DNA from: Chloropicon primus
Lineage: Eukaryota
NCBI GenBank assembly: GCA_023205875.1
Contig: CP060756.1
Location: 372,001-436,000, forward strand
DNA length: 64,000 nucleotides
Direction of reading: 5' to 3'
Shown here: in pieces, positions 20,939-30,932 of the stretch
How the letters are laid out: each line of letters begins with the position of its first letter
Numbering within the stretch: the first letter of the stretch is position 1
Program-made: the position numbers and the translations under genes
Notes under the pieces: generated by a model
The model's database searches: none
Told to the model about the DNA's origin: nothing
Seen by the model: only the letters and a program-made list of their open reading frames with translations

Positions 20939-22042
20939 ATGGCGACGGTGTTGGGTGGCGCGCGCGGGGTGTCGCTCGCGCGAAGGGCAGGGAACCCGAA
21001 GGTTCTGCCGCTGAGGCCCGGAAGCGTGGCGCAAACCGCGTCGACGAGCGCCAAGGTCGAGAGCGTTGGTGCCCTCGGGCCAAGGGCGCGAGGTGTGGCG
21101 AGGAGGGGGCACGTGGAGGAGGCGCGGAGGGGCGGGAGAGGGGCGATGCCTGTGGCGAGGGCGGCCGCCGGGGGGGAGGGCGGGGCGGTGTCCAAGGCAG
21201 AGTCCAAGGGAGATGACGACTTGTTCTTCGGGTACACAGCTCTCAGCTGTGTTCAAGCGCTGTGGCTGCTCAGCGGATTGTTGGGCACGTGGGCCTTCGG
21301 GGCTTGGCCTTACGGGAAGAATGCGGGGTACTACTTTCTGGGTTTCGGCGAGACGACTGCGCTGCTCATGCCGCAGCTCGCGGCTTCGGTCGTCCTGCGG
21401 AGCGCCGCGCTGAGGGGCAGGCTCACGGGCACGACCTTCAAGGTGCTCAATCTGTCTCTCCTGGTTTCCTCCACCTTGCTCTTTGTGGCGGAGGTCTTTC
21501 AGTCCATCTCGGAGGGCGGGATAGGCTTCAAGACCCTGAGTGCCACGATTACGGCGGCCATCTCCTACATCGCGCTCAAGAGGCACGGCTGGCCCACGTT
21601 CAAGTTCGAGCTCGGGGAGAACAAGCTGCTTGCTCTGTCGAAAGGGTACTTTGGTCTTTCGGCCTGCACGGGGGTCTTCATGGTGCTGAACACGCTGGGG
21701 TCCGGAGTACTCTCCTTCCTGTTTGGAAAGCTGACCGGGGAAACGATACTGGAGCCCCACCACTTTATCACGTTTGCGGCCTTGCTCGCCATCCAGGGCG
21801 GCATCCTCCACACGTTGCAGACCGCGGCAGTTGCTGGGGAGAAGAGGCTCTCCTCGGAAACGTACAGGAACCTGAACCTGGGAGTCATCCTGAGCGCGAT
21901 TTCCGCCCTGATGGGCATCTTCTGGGCCTCGACAATGAAGTGCCAGGTCCTGTGGGTCTTCCTCACCCTCGGCGTGTACAACATTGCCCAGCTCGTGGCG
22001 TGCTCCTCCGGGTTCTACTTGGGGAAGACATACAAGGCGTAG
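20939..22042 (+). CDS. Hypothetical plastid-targeted multi-pass membrane protein
   Basis: Arg/Ala-rich transit-like N-terminus, about 8 hydrophobic segments and an internal repeat (RLTGTTFKVLNL / RLSSETYRNLNL). Confidence 0.75.
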   Translation: MATVLGGARGVSLARRAGNPKVLPLRPGSVAQTASTSAKVESVGALGPRARGVARRGHVEEARRGGRGAMPVARAAAGGEGGAVSKAESKGDDDLFFGYTALSCVQALWLLSGLLGTWAFGAWPYGKNAGYYFLGFGETTALLMPQLAASVVLRSAALRGRLTGTTFKVLNLSLLVSSTLLFVAEVFQSISEGGIGFKTLSATITAAISYIALKRHGWPTFKFELGENKLLALSKGYFGLSACTGVFMVLNTLGSGVLSFLFGKLTGETILEPHHFITFAALLAIQGGILHTLQTAAVAGEKRLSSETYRNLNLGVILSAISALMGIFWASTMKCQVLWVFLTLGVYNIAQLVACSSGFYLGKTYKA

Positions 22043-22170
22043 TGAATCTGTATCTTCTTCTTCTTTTCTTTTAAGAACGACGACAAGCTTTCATAAAAAA
22101 AAAAAACTCGCTTGCCTTTCTTCGTCTTGGTTCTTTCTTGCTTTAGAATAAATATCCAATATATGCTTGT

Positions 22171-24525
22171 TTACATTTGGCGCTTCGATTCCGCCAAGAG
22201 CCTCTCCAGTGATACAGCGACCCACTCCCCCTGTATTCTCGCCTCTATCACTTGCCTGCTGTTGTCCAAAGTGACGCTTATGCCACCGAATGAGTACACC
22301 TGGAGACTGTTGTTGAACCTCCCCACCTTGGGCAGAAACTCTACGCCGCTCTCTATGCAAAAATTCTCGACAAGATCCTTGAGGGTTGCGTGGAATTCCG
22401 CCCTGTTCTGCTGCTCGCTCGCCGGTGCCTTTCTCCCCCTCTCGCGCTGCAGCTTGTCCTTCGACGGGTCGTACGGAGAGAGGTCCTCGCCCGAGACCGC
22501 AGCATTCATCATCAGCAGGCACTTGTTGAAGCTCACCCTCACGTCCTCCTGCGCCCCAAGCTCCTCCGGGAACAGGCCCTTCCAGCCCTCGTACCACTCC
22601 ACAACCTCGTCGAATTCCGGATTCCCCGTCAACCACGTGAAAAGTGACTGCAGCAGCTTTGGAAAGAAGAGCTCCCTCAGCATCGCGCACATCATGCGGT
22701 GGGAGACAATGTCCGACCAGCCAATGACCCGAACCAGCCTGCTGGTGTCGGGCTTATTCTTTGGATCGATCTCCAAGCCGGCCAAGGCGCCCTCGAGCTT
22801 CGGCATGACGACTGCGGAGGTGAACTTGTCCCAAGCCTTCGTGCCAAACACAGGCTTCCAGGCCTTCAGCATTGGCAGCGCATCCATCGTTTCGGAGGGC
22901 TTCCAAGTTCGCAGGGCTTTTGATAGCTTCTGCCTCACCGCGGGATACAGCTCTTGGAGCTGGTCGCTCAAGTAAGGAAGCCATGGATGGATCCAAACAT
23001 GAAGGGGGACAGACCCCGCGCTCGGCTGCCAGTCATCCACGGCAGTCCTCAGCCTCGGCAAAACCATTTCGTCCAAGATGTGAGCCCTCGACGAGCTTGG
23101 AAACACTTTGGCCCACTGGTCCAGGAACAGGATGACCTCGTCTGGATTGGTTGGGTCCCACTGGTGGCATACGTAGCGGTTCAGCTGGAAGCAAATGGTC
23201 TCCTTGAGAAGAACGGCGTAAGGATCCATACCAAGGTCTCCTCCGTCGTGCAAGACTGACTTGGACTTTTCGAGGGCGCTCTTGAGATCCTGGCACTCCT
23301 CCAGAGGCTTCCATGCCTTTGCCCGATTCTCCAGGGGCTTGTACACAAGGCTCGAGGCGATCACTGCGACGCGGTACGCCGCGAACTCGCTTGGAAACTT
23401 CTCCTTCAGCGACCCGAGATCATCCAGAACGCCCTCGACGTTCTCCAGGGTCCGAATATTCTCTTTTCCGCTCACCAGCGGTGAGATCGTTTGGGACATC
23501 TCTCGAAGCCTTTCGAAGCTCGCACCACTCTCGACCCTTGAAGACTCTATCCGTGAGATCTTCTCCCTGTAATTTTCCGCCGTTTCCGTCTGCTGCAGGA
23601 TCTCGTGCTCCAGCGCCTGCAGCTTGCAGCGCGCGTTGTCCACCACGAGCCTCATGTTGTACTGAAGCTCGGGCATCGGAGTCGTCTCGGACTCCAGTCC
23701 ACGCATGTCGATGATATTATGGACCACTCCCTGGGTCTCCTTGCGCACGTCCTCCACTGTTTTGTACGCGACCTTCTCCCTCACTGCTTTCTTGGACTTT
23801 TTCCACAGCTGGGCTTGTGGCGGTGGCTGTACTCTCGTCTTCGCCGCCTTTGCCTTCGCCTGCGGCTCCTTCTTCTTGGGCATCTCCTGGGGCTCCCCGA
23901 ATCCCATTCCCATCCCTTTGGGTCGCAGCTTTGCCTCAACCGGGGCGGCGATACCCTTGTTGCCCTTGCCCAGGCCTTTCCCTATCTGGTACCCCATCTT
24001 CTTCAGGAGTTTCATTCCTATGCCTTTGGTGTGCTTCTCAAACGTCCCAATGTCCTCCGCAGGGTCTCTGGCTACCCTCCTTCCTCCCCTTCTGGACGCG
24101 AGAGGAGAAGCTGCTGTTGCAGCCTCGCCGAAGGAGGAAGGCATCCCGAGACCCCCCAGCCCGCCCCTCGGAGCCTCCTCGCCCTCCCCGCCAAACCCGA
24201 GCCCAGCACTCCTCGAAGCCGTTTCCGAGTCCCTCATCGCCGCAGCGACAACCCGGTTCGAATTCGTGGCACTCACTCCACCCGAAACGAACCCAACCGG
24301 CTTGGAGTAATCCGACTTCGTCCTGCCACTGTCCTTGCCCCTCCTCCTCTTCCGCCTCCCACCGTAGTGCCCATCACGGTGGTGTTGATGTTGATCCTCA
24401 TCATCGTCCTCCTCCTCATCGTGGAAGAAGGGATCTCGCGTCCGCCGCCGCTTGGACAACAAGACGTCGTCGCAGTCCTCGTCGAGCAAGCTCGAACTGG
24501 AGGACACGTCCTCGTCGCTCGACAT
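22171..24525 (-). CDS. TFIP11: Tuftelin-interacting protein 11 / STIP (spliceosome disassembly; G-patch + GCFC)
   Basis: DYSKPVGFVSGG, G-patch FEKHTKGIGMKLLKKMGY...GLGK, PMPELQYN and PLHVWIHPWLP. Confidence 0.95.
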   Translation of the reverse strand: MSSDEDVSSSSSLLDEDCDDVLLSKRRRTRDPFFHDEEEDDDEDQHQHHRDGHYGGRRKRRRGKDSGRTKSDYSKPVGFVSGGVSATNSNRVVAAAMRDSETASRSAGLGFGGEGEEAPRGGLGGLGMPSSFGEAATAASPLASRRGGRRVARDPAEDIGTFEKHTKGIGMKLLKKMGYQIGKGLGKGNKGIAAPVEAKLRPKGMGMGFGEPQEMPKKKEPQAKAKAAKTRVQPPPQAQLWKKSKKAVREKVAYKTVEDVRKETQGVVHNIIDMRGLESETTPMPELQYNMRLVVDNARCKLQALEHEILQQTETAENYREKISRIESSRVESGASFERLREMSQTISPLVSGKENIRTLENVEGVLDDLGSLKEKFPSEFAAYRVAVIASSLVYKPLENRAKAWKPLEECQDLKSALEKSKSVLHDGGDLGMDPYAVLLKETICFQLNRYVCHQWDPTNPDEVILFLDQWAKVFPSSSRAHILDEMVLPRLRTAVDDWQPSAGSVPLHVWIHPWLPYLSDQLQELYPAVRQKLSKALRTWKPSETMDALPMLKAWKPVFGTKAWDKFTSAVVMPKLEGALAGLEIDPKNKPDTSRLVRVIGWSDIVSHRMMCAMLRELFFPKLLQSLFTWLTGNPEFDEVVEWYEGWKGLFPEELGAQEDVRVSFNKCLLMMNAAVSGEDLSPYDPSKDKLQRERGRKAPASEQQNRAEFHATLKDLVENFCIESGVEFLPKVGRFNNSLQVYSFGGISVTLDNSRQVIEARIQGEWVAVSLERLLAESKRQM

Positions 24526-24772
24526 GACCCCCGCCCGACTCAACCCTCGCTCGCGCAAGGGGACACGACGACAGAACGCCGAGGGCCAAGGCGACGCCAC
24601 CAGCTTCCCGCCACCAGGGGTGTATTTTTTTCAAGGCGTTTTTGTTTTTTGTGTGGCGGGAAAGCGCCGGCGTTGGCGTTTTCTCAAAAGTAACGGCTGA
24701 AGAGTGAGAGGTGGCGAGCAAGGGGGAAGGAGCTGAGGGGGGGGGGGTTGGGTGAAGTGGTGTAGGTACGCC

Positions 24773-25831
24773 ATGCGCGTGCTTGCTGTGTCTGACTTGC
24801 ACACCGATTACGAGCAGAACCTGGCTTGGTGCAGGCAGCTGGATGGAGAGTTGTATCAATCGGACGTGCTCATCATTGCGGGGGACGTGACTCACAAACT
24901 GGATCGGTTGGAGGAGACCCTGCTCGTACTGAAAGGGAAGTTCCGCGAGGTCTTCTTCACCCCCGGGAACCACGACCTGTGGCTTGAGCGCGACAAGGGG
25001 GGCACCTCCATCGACAAGCTCCACGAGGTGTTCAACCTCTGCAAGAGAATCGGGGTCGAGTACCGAGCCAAGAAGATCTCTGGAGTCTGGCTGATACCCG
25101 TCTTGTCCTGGTATCACGCCTCGTGGGACCGGGAAGCGGACTGGGCAAATACGCTGCCGCCGAACAAGGTGATGGCCGACTTTCGAGCCTGCAAGTGGCC
25201 GGAAGGAGTTGGTCAGGACGACTTGGCCCCGCTTTTCGACAGCTTCAATTCGGAGCTGGACTTGCTGGAGACTACTCTGGCGCTCGAGAGGGAAAGCGCG
25301 TTCGAGGAGGAGTTGAGGTGTGTGATAAGCTTCTCGCACTTTCTGCCGAGAAACGAGCTCCTCCCTGAGAAGTCCAAACTCTTCTACAAGGCGTTGCCGA
25401 AAGCCGTCGGCAGTGACTTTCTCAGGAAGAGGCTCGAAGCCATCGACCCCGACGTGCATGTTTTTGGTCACACACACTTTTCTTGGGATTGCTGGCTCGA
25501 CGGGTGCCGCTATGTGCAATGGCCCCTCGCCTACCCCCGCGAGCAGGAGAGGCGCAGAAAGTACGGGTACAGGGAGCAGTTCTCCGATTCGGGAAGAGGG
25601 GGAGCGGGGGAGACACCGTGCCCAAGGAAGGAGACCAGGCACCCTATGTGTTCGTGGAAGCCCATTGTCGTGTACGACTCGAGCCAAGGCGGCATCACCG
25701 AGTGCAAGCCAACCTACTGGTGCAAGTTTTACGGACACCCATTGACGAATCCACAGAACGTCAAGGCGAGGAGGAGACCACCGGCCAAGGCAAACAACCT
25801 CAATCAAATTAAATCATCCATTCGACTATGA
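24773..25831 (+). CDS. Calcineurin-like metallophosphoesterase
   Basis: Motifs SDLH, AGD, PGNHD, FSHFLP and FGHTH. Confidence 0.92.
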   Translation: MRVLAVSDLHTDYEQNLAWCRQLDGELYQSDVLIIAGDVTHKLDRLEETLLVLKGKFREVFFTPGNHDLWLERDKGGTSIDKLHEVFNLCKRIGVEYRAKKISGVWLIPVLSWYHASWDREADWANTLPPNKVMADFRACKWPEGVGQDDLAPLFDSFNSELDLLETTLALERESAFEEELRCVISFSHFLPRNELLPEKSKLFYKALPKAVGSDFLRKRLEAIDPDVHVFGHTHFSWDCWLDGCRYVQWPLAYPREQERRRKYGYREQFSDSGRGGAGETPCPRKETRHPMCSWKPIVVYDSSQGGITECKPTYWCKFYGHPLTNPQNVKARRRPPAKANNLNQIKSSIRL

Positions 25832-25991
25832 ACGCTCACAAAGTCTTTCATCACCGTCACCACCATCGTGGTTTCTCTGGCCCCTTCCCCCTCTTGCCTC
25901 GTTCCTTCTCATCATCCCTCCATCCTCCTGGTTGGCAGGAGTCCCCTCCTCGCGAGGAGGATCCCGAGGAGAGGAGAGAGGACCGGTGACG

Positions 25992-27166
25992 ATGGCTGCC
26001 GTCATGAGGACGAAGGCGATGGCGATGGCTTTGGTCGGTATCACGTTGGCGCACGTCTGTGCTAGCGCTTGCATGGGGTACGACCAGCAGCGGCAACGCG
26101 TCGCCGAGTTGAGACGAAGTGGTTTGTTCGACGGGAACACGACCAGGCCATTGATTGGGATCTATACGCAAGACTCGCCTTCGAGTTACGATGGGATACC
26201 GGGGAAGAACGATGAGTACATCGCGGCGTCGTATGCGAAGCTCGTGGAGAGCGCGGGCGCCAGGCCGGTGCCCGTGTCGTACAACTTGGAGAAGTACGAG
26301 CTGCTTGATACGCTGGACATCCTGGACGGGTTCATCTTTCCAGGGGGAGGCATGGACCTGAGCCTGGATAAGACTTATGCTAGGAACGCCATGACTATCG
26401 TCAATTACGCCCAGGACCGGACGGACTTCCTTGTGGTTGGCATCTGCCTTGGTTTCCAGCTGATCTCGACTGTGGTGAGCCAGGACAACACCATCCTGTC
26501 GTCCTTCGACTCGTCGAACCTTTTAGAAAAGCCAGAGTGGGAGTACACGGCCTACACGAACTCCAAGTTGAGCCAGTTCTACCCCCCTTACAGCGAGCTG
26601 CAGAGCCTTCTGGTTTTCGAGAACCACCACTCTGGAGTTTCCATCGCTAGGTTTGAGAGCGAACTTTCTGGCTTCTTTGACTTGCTTGCCACCGGCGTGG
26701 ACAGGAACGGCTCAAAGTACGTAGCCGCCATGGAGGCAAAGGACTACCTCATCTTTGGGTTCCAGTTCCACCCGGAGAAGAACACGTACGAGTGGGCGGC
26801 AACGGAGGTGATCCCTCACGATTACTGGGACCTGGAGGTGACCAGGGGAGTCTCAAACCTCCTCGCGTACTACTCGAGGAAGGGCAGCTCGACAAGGAGA
26901 AGGCGCCAAGTCAGCGCATCGGACGTGAATGCAATGGTGAGCCCTCCTCACTCCAAACCCCACCCCCCACCCGAAAGACAACGCGATGCAAATCAAACGA
27001 AGCCCGACTGACCAGAGACACGTTTCATTCTTTCCCCTCTTGCGCCACCACGCAGCTGATCTACAACGTTCCAGCGGTGTTCACCGCGCCTTACAGCGAC
27101 CAAAGTAGCTTTGAGCAGATTTATTTTTTCCCCAAAGGCTACAAACCAAGGGCGCAAGCTTCCTGA
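25992..27166 (+). CDS. GGH: Gamma-glutamyl hydrolase (peptidase C26), 2 exons (25992-26936, 27056-27166)
   Basis: Signal peptide, RPLIGI, YIAASYAKLVESAGARPVP, catalytic GICLGFQ and FQFHPEK. The intron restores the conserved LIYN. Confidence 0.93.
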
Positions 27167-27634
27167 GCGAGTGGTGTACCACGATAAAACCGTAACGTAA
27201 TCCATCCATCCATGAATCAAAAAGTATCTGCAGCTCAGACCTTGTCCGAGGAGAATGCTCAGGATTTTGGAATGGAGCGGGGTATCACCAGTGCAGTAAA
27301 AATGAGCTTGGCCTCGTCTTCCCTTCCTCCTTTCTTTTTGTCCCTCCCTGCTCTCTGCTCTCCCCAAGGCGACGACCTTTGGCCTTTCTCTAGCTCACCA
27401 TCATAACGGGCGAGCCCGAGCGCGAACGAGGACGAGACGAGCACGAGAGAAACGAAGAGGACGGGAGCGCGCGGCGGAGGAAGAGAGAGAGAGAGACGGA
27501 GGACAAGGAAGAAGGAAGGAACGCGTCTCTCGCTCTTTCGGAAGAGCCCTCGCTCAAAGGAAACAACCCAGTGGTGAGGATTTGAGGACCAATCTCTTCT
27601 TCTTCTCGGGCGTAACGCATCATTGCTCGAGAAG

Positions 27635-28402
27635 ATGGCGACCACGCCGTCCCCGCTGAAAGCGAAGCAAGCCGAGGAGAAGTACCTCGCCGACAGGGCA
27701 CTGCGATGGCTCGAGGGCGTGACGAACCAGAGGCTCTCGTCCCTCGGGCTGAGCCTGGCGGGTCTCCTTAGGAACGGCAAGTTGCTGAGAACGGTGGCCA
27801 TGGTTCTGGAGGGTGGCGTGCCAGGGCGCGCCTTCACGAAGGCAGACCTCACGGACGAGAGGAAAGGGTTCCAAGCGGTTCTAGACGTCGACTACTTTTT
27901 GAACATCTGCCGGTCCCTAGACCTCCAGGATCACCAGCTCTTCAGCGCCTCCGACGTGACAAACGGAAAGGAGATCCTTCCGGTGTGCAGGACGGTCAGG
28001 GCTCTGTCTCTGAGCTGCCAGGAGAAGGGGATCGAGGCTCCCGTCTTCGAGACAGACAAGGAAAAGGGCGAGGCGAGGAGAAGGGGCATGACGAGGGAGG
28101 CCACGAGTGGCAAGGTTTCCGCCCTGGGGACGAAGCTGGGGCTGGAAGAGGCCAACGGCGGGGGGGAGGCCTCGCTGAGGAAGTGTGGCCCGGTCGTCGC
28201 CCTCCTCGGGCTGGCGGCCGTCGCTGCAGCGGCCGTCGCCTTCAGAGTGTTTGGGCCGCCAAGGACCTACATCGTGAAGAAGGGTGATACTCTCTCCAAG
28301 GTCGCCCGAGAGACGCGGGGCGCAACCCTCAAGAGTCTGGTCAAGAAGAACAACATCAAGAACCCGGACGTTATCCTGACCCAGCAGAAGATCAGGCTCT
28401 GA
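27635..28402 (+). CDS. Calponin-homology domain + transmembrane helix + LysM domain protein
   Basis: CH motifs (ALRWLE, LLRNGKLL, VDYFLNIC...LFSASDVTNGK..PVCRTVRAL), a TM helix (VVALLGLAAVAAAAVAF) and a C-terminal LysM (YIVKKGDTLSKVA...LVKKNNIKNPDVILTQQKIRL). Confidence 0.88.
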   Translation: MATTPSPLKAKQAEEKYLADRALRWLEGVTNQRLSSLGLSLAGLLRNGKLLRTVAMVLEGGVPGRAFTKADLTDERKGFQAVLDVDYFLNICRSLDLQDHQLFSASDVTNGKEILPVCRTVRALSLSCQEKGIEAPVFETDKEKGEARRRGMTREATSGKVSALGTKLGLEEANGGGEASLRKCGPVVALLGLAAVAAAAVAFRVFGPPRTYIVKKGDTLSKVARETRGATLKSLVKKNNIKNPDVILTQQKIRL

Positions 28403-28462
28403 TAGACGGGCGGGCGGCCGTTGTGTGACGAGCACACACTGGACTGGATTAATAATTGGGGG

Positions 28463-28930
28463 TCAAGGCAAGTTAAAGAAGGAGAAATCCAAGTAAAAGT
28501 CGTCACCGTCGTTGGAAGATCTCGTTGTCGAGTACCTCGTTCTCGTCCTTCTCTCGTCCCTCTTCTCCTCGACCTTTGCCGGCTTGGGGGGCGGTTTGTA
28601 GAGAACGCTCCTGGGCAGGGTCAGGGGGTCCTCCGACCTCGGTCCCCTGTGGCATTTCCTGCCGCCGTACTCGTCCTGGCACTCCCTCGCGCTGAGCAGG
28701 GTCTTGAGCGACGCCGCGAGGCAGGTGCTGATGGCGGGCTTGCCGTCGACCGTCTTCTGCGTGTAGCGCACCCTCGTGCCCTCGTAGGGGTACTCCATCT
28801 CGTACAGCTCCAGCAGCAGGGAGGTCTCCTGCACGTACCTGTTGTCCCGTCGAAGCTCCTTGATCAGCATGCCAAGCTCAGGGAGGAAGCCCAACAGCTG
28901 GCTCGTGTTGCAGCCCTTTCCGTAAAACTC

Positions 28931-29003
<73 letters not shown>

Positions 29004-29019
29004 TCAGGATCGAGACGCG

Positions 29020-29056
<37 letters not shown>

Positions 29057-29477
29057 TGTGTGCGCGCGCACCTTTGAGCAGAGCAGAAGCATTCTTCGGA
29101 TTCAGAATCCCCTCGAGTCCCTCTCGAGCGAGGAGGGGGGTGACGATTTTCTCCATGAACGCTTCGAACGCATACGTGTTCGTGACGCATTGCACATCCA
29201 TCTCCATGAGAGCGTCCTTCACCTTCTGGTCCTCGAGCACGGCCCAGAGGGTGGCGTCTCCCGCAGCTCTCGCGTTCGCGAGCCAGGACTCCACCCCGCC
29301 GATGACCTCTTGTGTCTGGGTCCCGCAAGGGAACGCCGCCCGACGGAGGGCCGTTACGATGCCGACCTCCTCGCGACTGAGGGACTGCGCGTCCATTCCG
29401 CGACCTCCGACGACGAGGATCGCCATCGCCATCACCATGGCCATCGCCACCGTGAAGCGGAAGCGTCGCCCCTCCAT
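28463..29477 (-). CDS. Hypothetical secreted Cys-containing protein, 2 exons (29477-29072, 28929-28463)
   Basis: Signal-like N-terminus. The GT-AG intron 28930-29071 joins LLK|EFYGK in frame, and both exons show coding codon bias. Confidence 0.72.
28933..29062. repeat. Intronic (GA)n and (TG)n microsatellites
   Basis: A roughly 70-bp GA run and a roughly 40-bp TG run flank a CTGAC branch point on the minus strand. Confidence 0.95.
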
Positions 29478-29720
29478 CTTTGCGTTGTGGATGTTGATGC
29501 CAGCCGATGCCCCAAAGCACTCCTCATGCTTTTTTTTTTTCTTGGACGATTTTTTTGAATGCTCAAAAAATGGAGCTCTCGATGGGAATACATGGTGCTT
29601 TAGGAACTGCATCAACCGCGTCCCCCCCCCCCCCGCCCCTCTCTGTATTATATATATATACATACACACACACACGGAACGCAACTTCTCGCCACCGTCG
29701 TCCTTCGCTTCGCTTCACAG

Positions 29721-30593
29721 TCACAGCTCTGCGACGTACGGCGTGCTCAGCTTTTGGGCCTTGTGCAGGGCCTTGTACATGGCTCTTGCGGCGTCCCTCC
29801 CGACGAGCTTGCCGTCCCAGGACGACGCCGCGCCCCTTCCCCTTCTGGTCAGCATGCGGTGCAGGAGGTAGGTCATCTCGTCCACCAGGGAGTTCCCCAC
29901 CTCCCCGCTGCTGTGCTTGGAGTACGAGTTCTGGCCCCTCAGGCTGCTGGCGAGGCAGGTGGTGTTCGGGGACGAGATGTGCTGGCAAAAGGTGGACGCC
30001 TTGCAGGTGTCGACCACGAGGCTGACCTCCCGGTACCTCCCCAGGGCGCCCATCTCCCGCAGGGCGTCCGCAATGTCCTCCCCCGACATCTGGTCCTTGT
30101 CCTGGAACTTCATGAAGTTCTCCCCCCCGTGGCCCGTGACGTAGACCAACACGTCGCTCGCCTCGTCCGTCCCCAGGGTCTTGGACTTCGGAAGCGACGC
30201 GCTGTGCCTTCCCGTCAGCACCCTCACCAGCGTCTCCGCGGACACCTCGTCCCCGGCGTAGTCCACCTCCACCCCTCCGTCCGTCACCTCCACCTCGAGC
30301 GAGGGATCCAGGAAAACTTCGCCAGGGAATACGTTCCTCGGGTTCGTCGAGAAGTCCTCCGCCAGCATGAGCACGATCCTCGAGTCCGGAACCCCGGAAC
30401 GCTTCACCGCCTGGTACATCGCCAGTGCGTTCGCCGTGTGCCGGTAATTGAGCCAGTACCTCGAGGTGGACACGATGACAGCCCAAGTGCTCCCGTTCGG
30501 CGACGGTGCGTCGCTCACGTCGACCCAATCCGCCGCCGCGAGGCCCGACACCACCACAAGCAGCACCAAGGCCCTCGGCAAGAGCCTGGCCAT
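29721..30593 (-). CDS. GPI8: GPI-anchor transamidase catalytic subunit (peptidase C13)
   Basis: WAVIVSTSRYWLNYRHTAN, VEVDYAGDEV, catalytic TGHGG and DTCKA, and a signal peptide. Confidence 0.94.
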   Translation of the reverse strand: MARLLPRALVLLVVVSGLAAADWVDVSDAPSPNGSTWAVIVSTSRYWLNYRHTANALAMYQAVKRSGVPDSRIVLMLAEDFSTNPRNVFPGEVFLDPSLEVEVTDGGVEVDYAGDEVSAETLVRVLTGRHSASLPKSKTLGTDEASDVLVYVTGHGGENFMKFQDKDQMSGEDIADALREMGALGRYREVSLVVDTCKASTFCQHISSPNTTCLASSLRGQNSYSKHSSGEVGNSLVDEMTYLLHRMLTRRGRGAASSWDGKLVGRDAARAMYKALHKAQKLSTPYVAEL

Positions 30594-30932
30594 CGCAAAG
30601 AGAGAGAGGGAGTGATAGAGAGAGAGAAGCTATATGGTGACCCCTCGGCCGTGAGTTCTCTCTCTTTCTCTGTCTCGTGACTGGACAAACTAATGCATCA
30701 GACCCGCGTCGTTCGCTACGAAGACCTCACGAGGTGTTGACGTTCCTTCCCGTCCGCGCTCTCCGGCCTTTCCTTCCCTTCCCTTTCCTTTCCTTTGCTT
30801 TGCTCCACGCTTACTTGCTCTTGCTCCGCTCTCCTCAGTTTGGTGTGTGGCCATGGAGACGCGGGCGCGTGATCCAGAAAAGTAACGCTCCTCGCCGCTC
30901 AAGGTAACGGCTGAGGGAAAAGTGGTCGGAGA

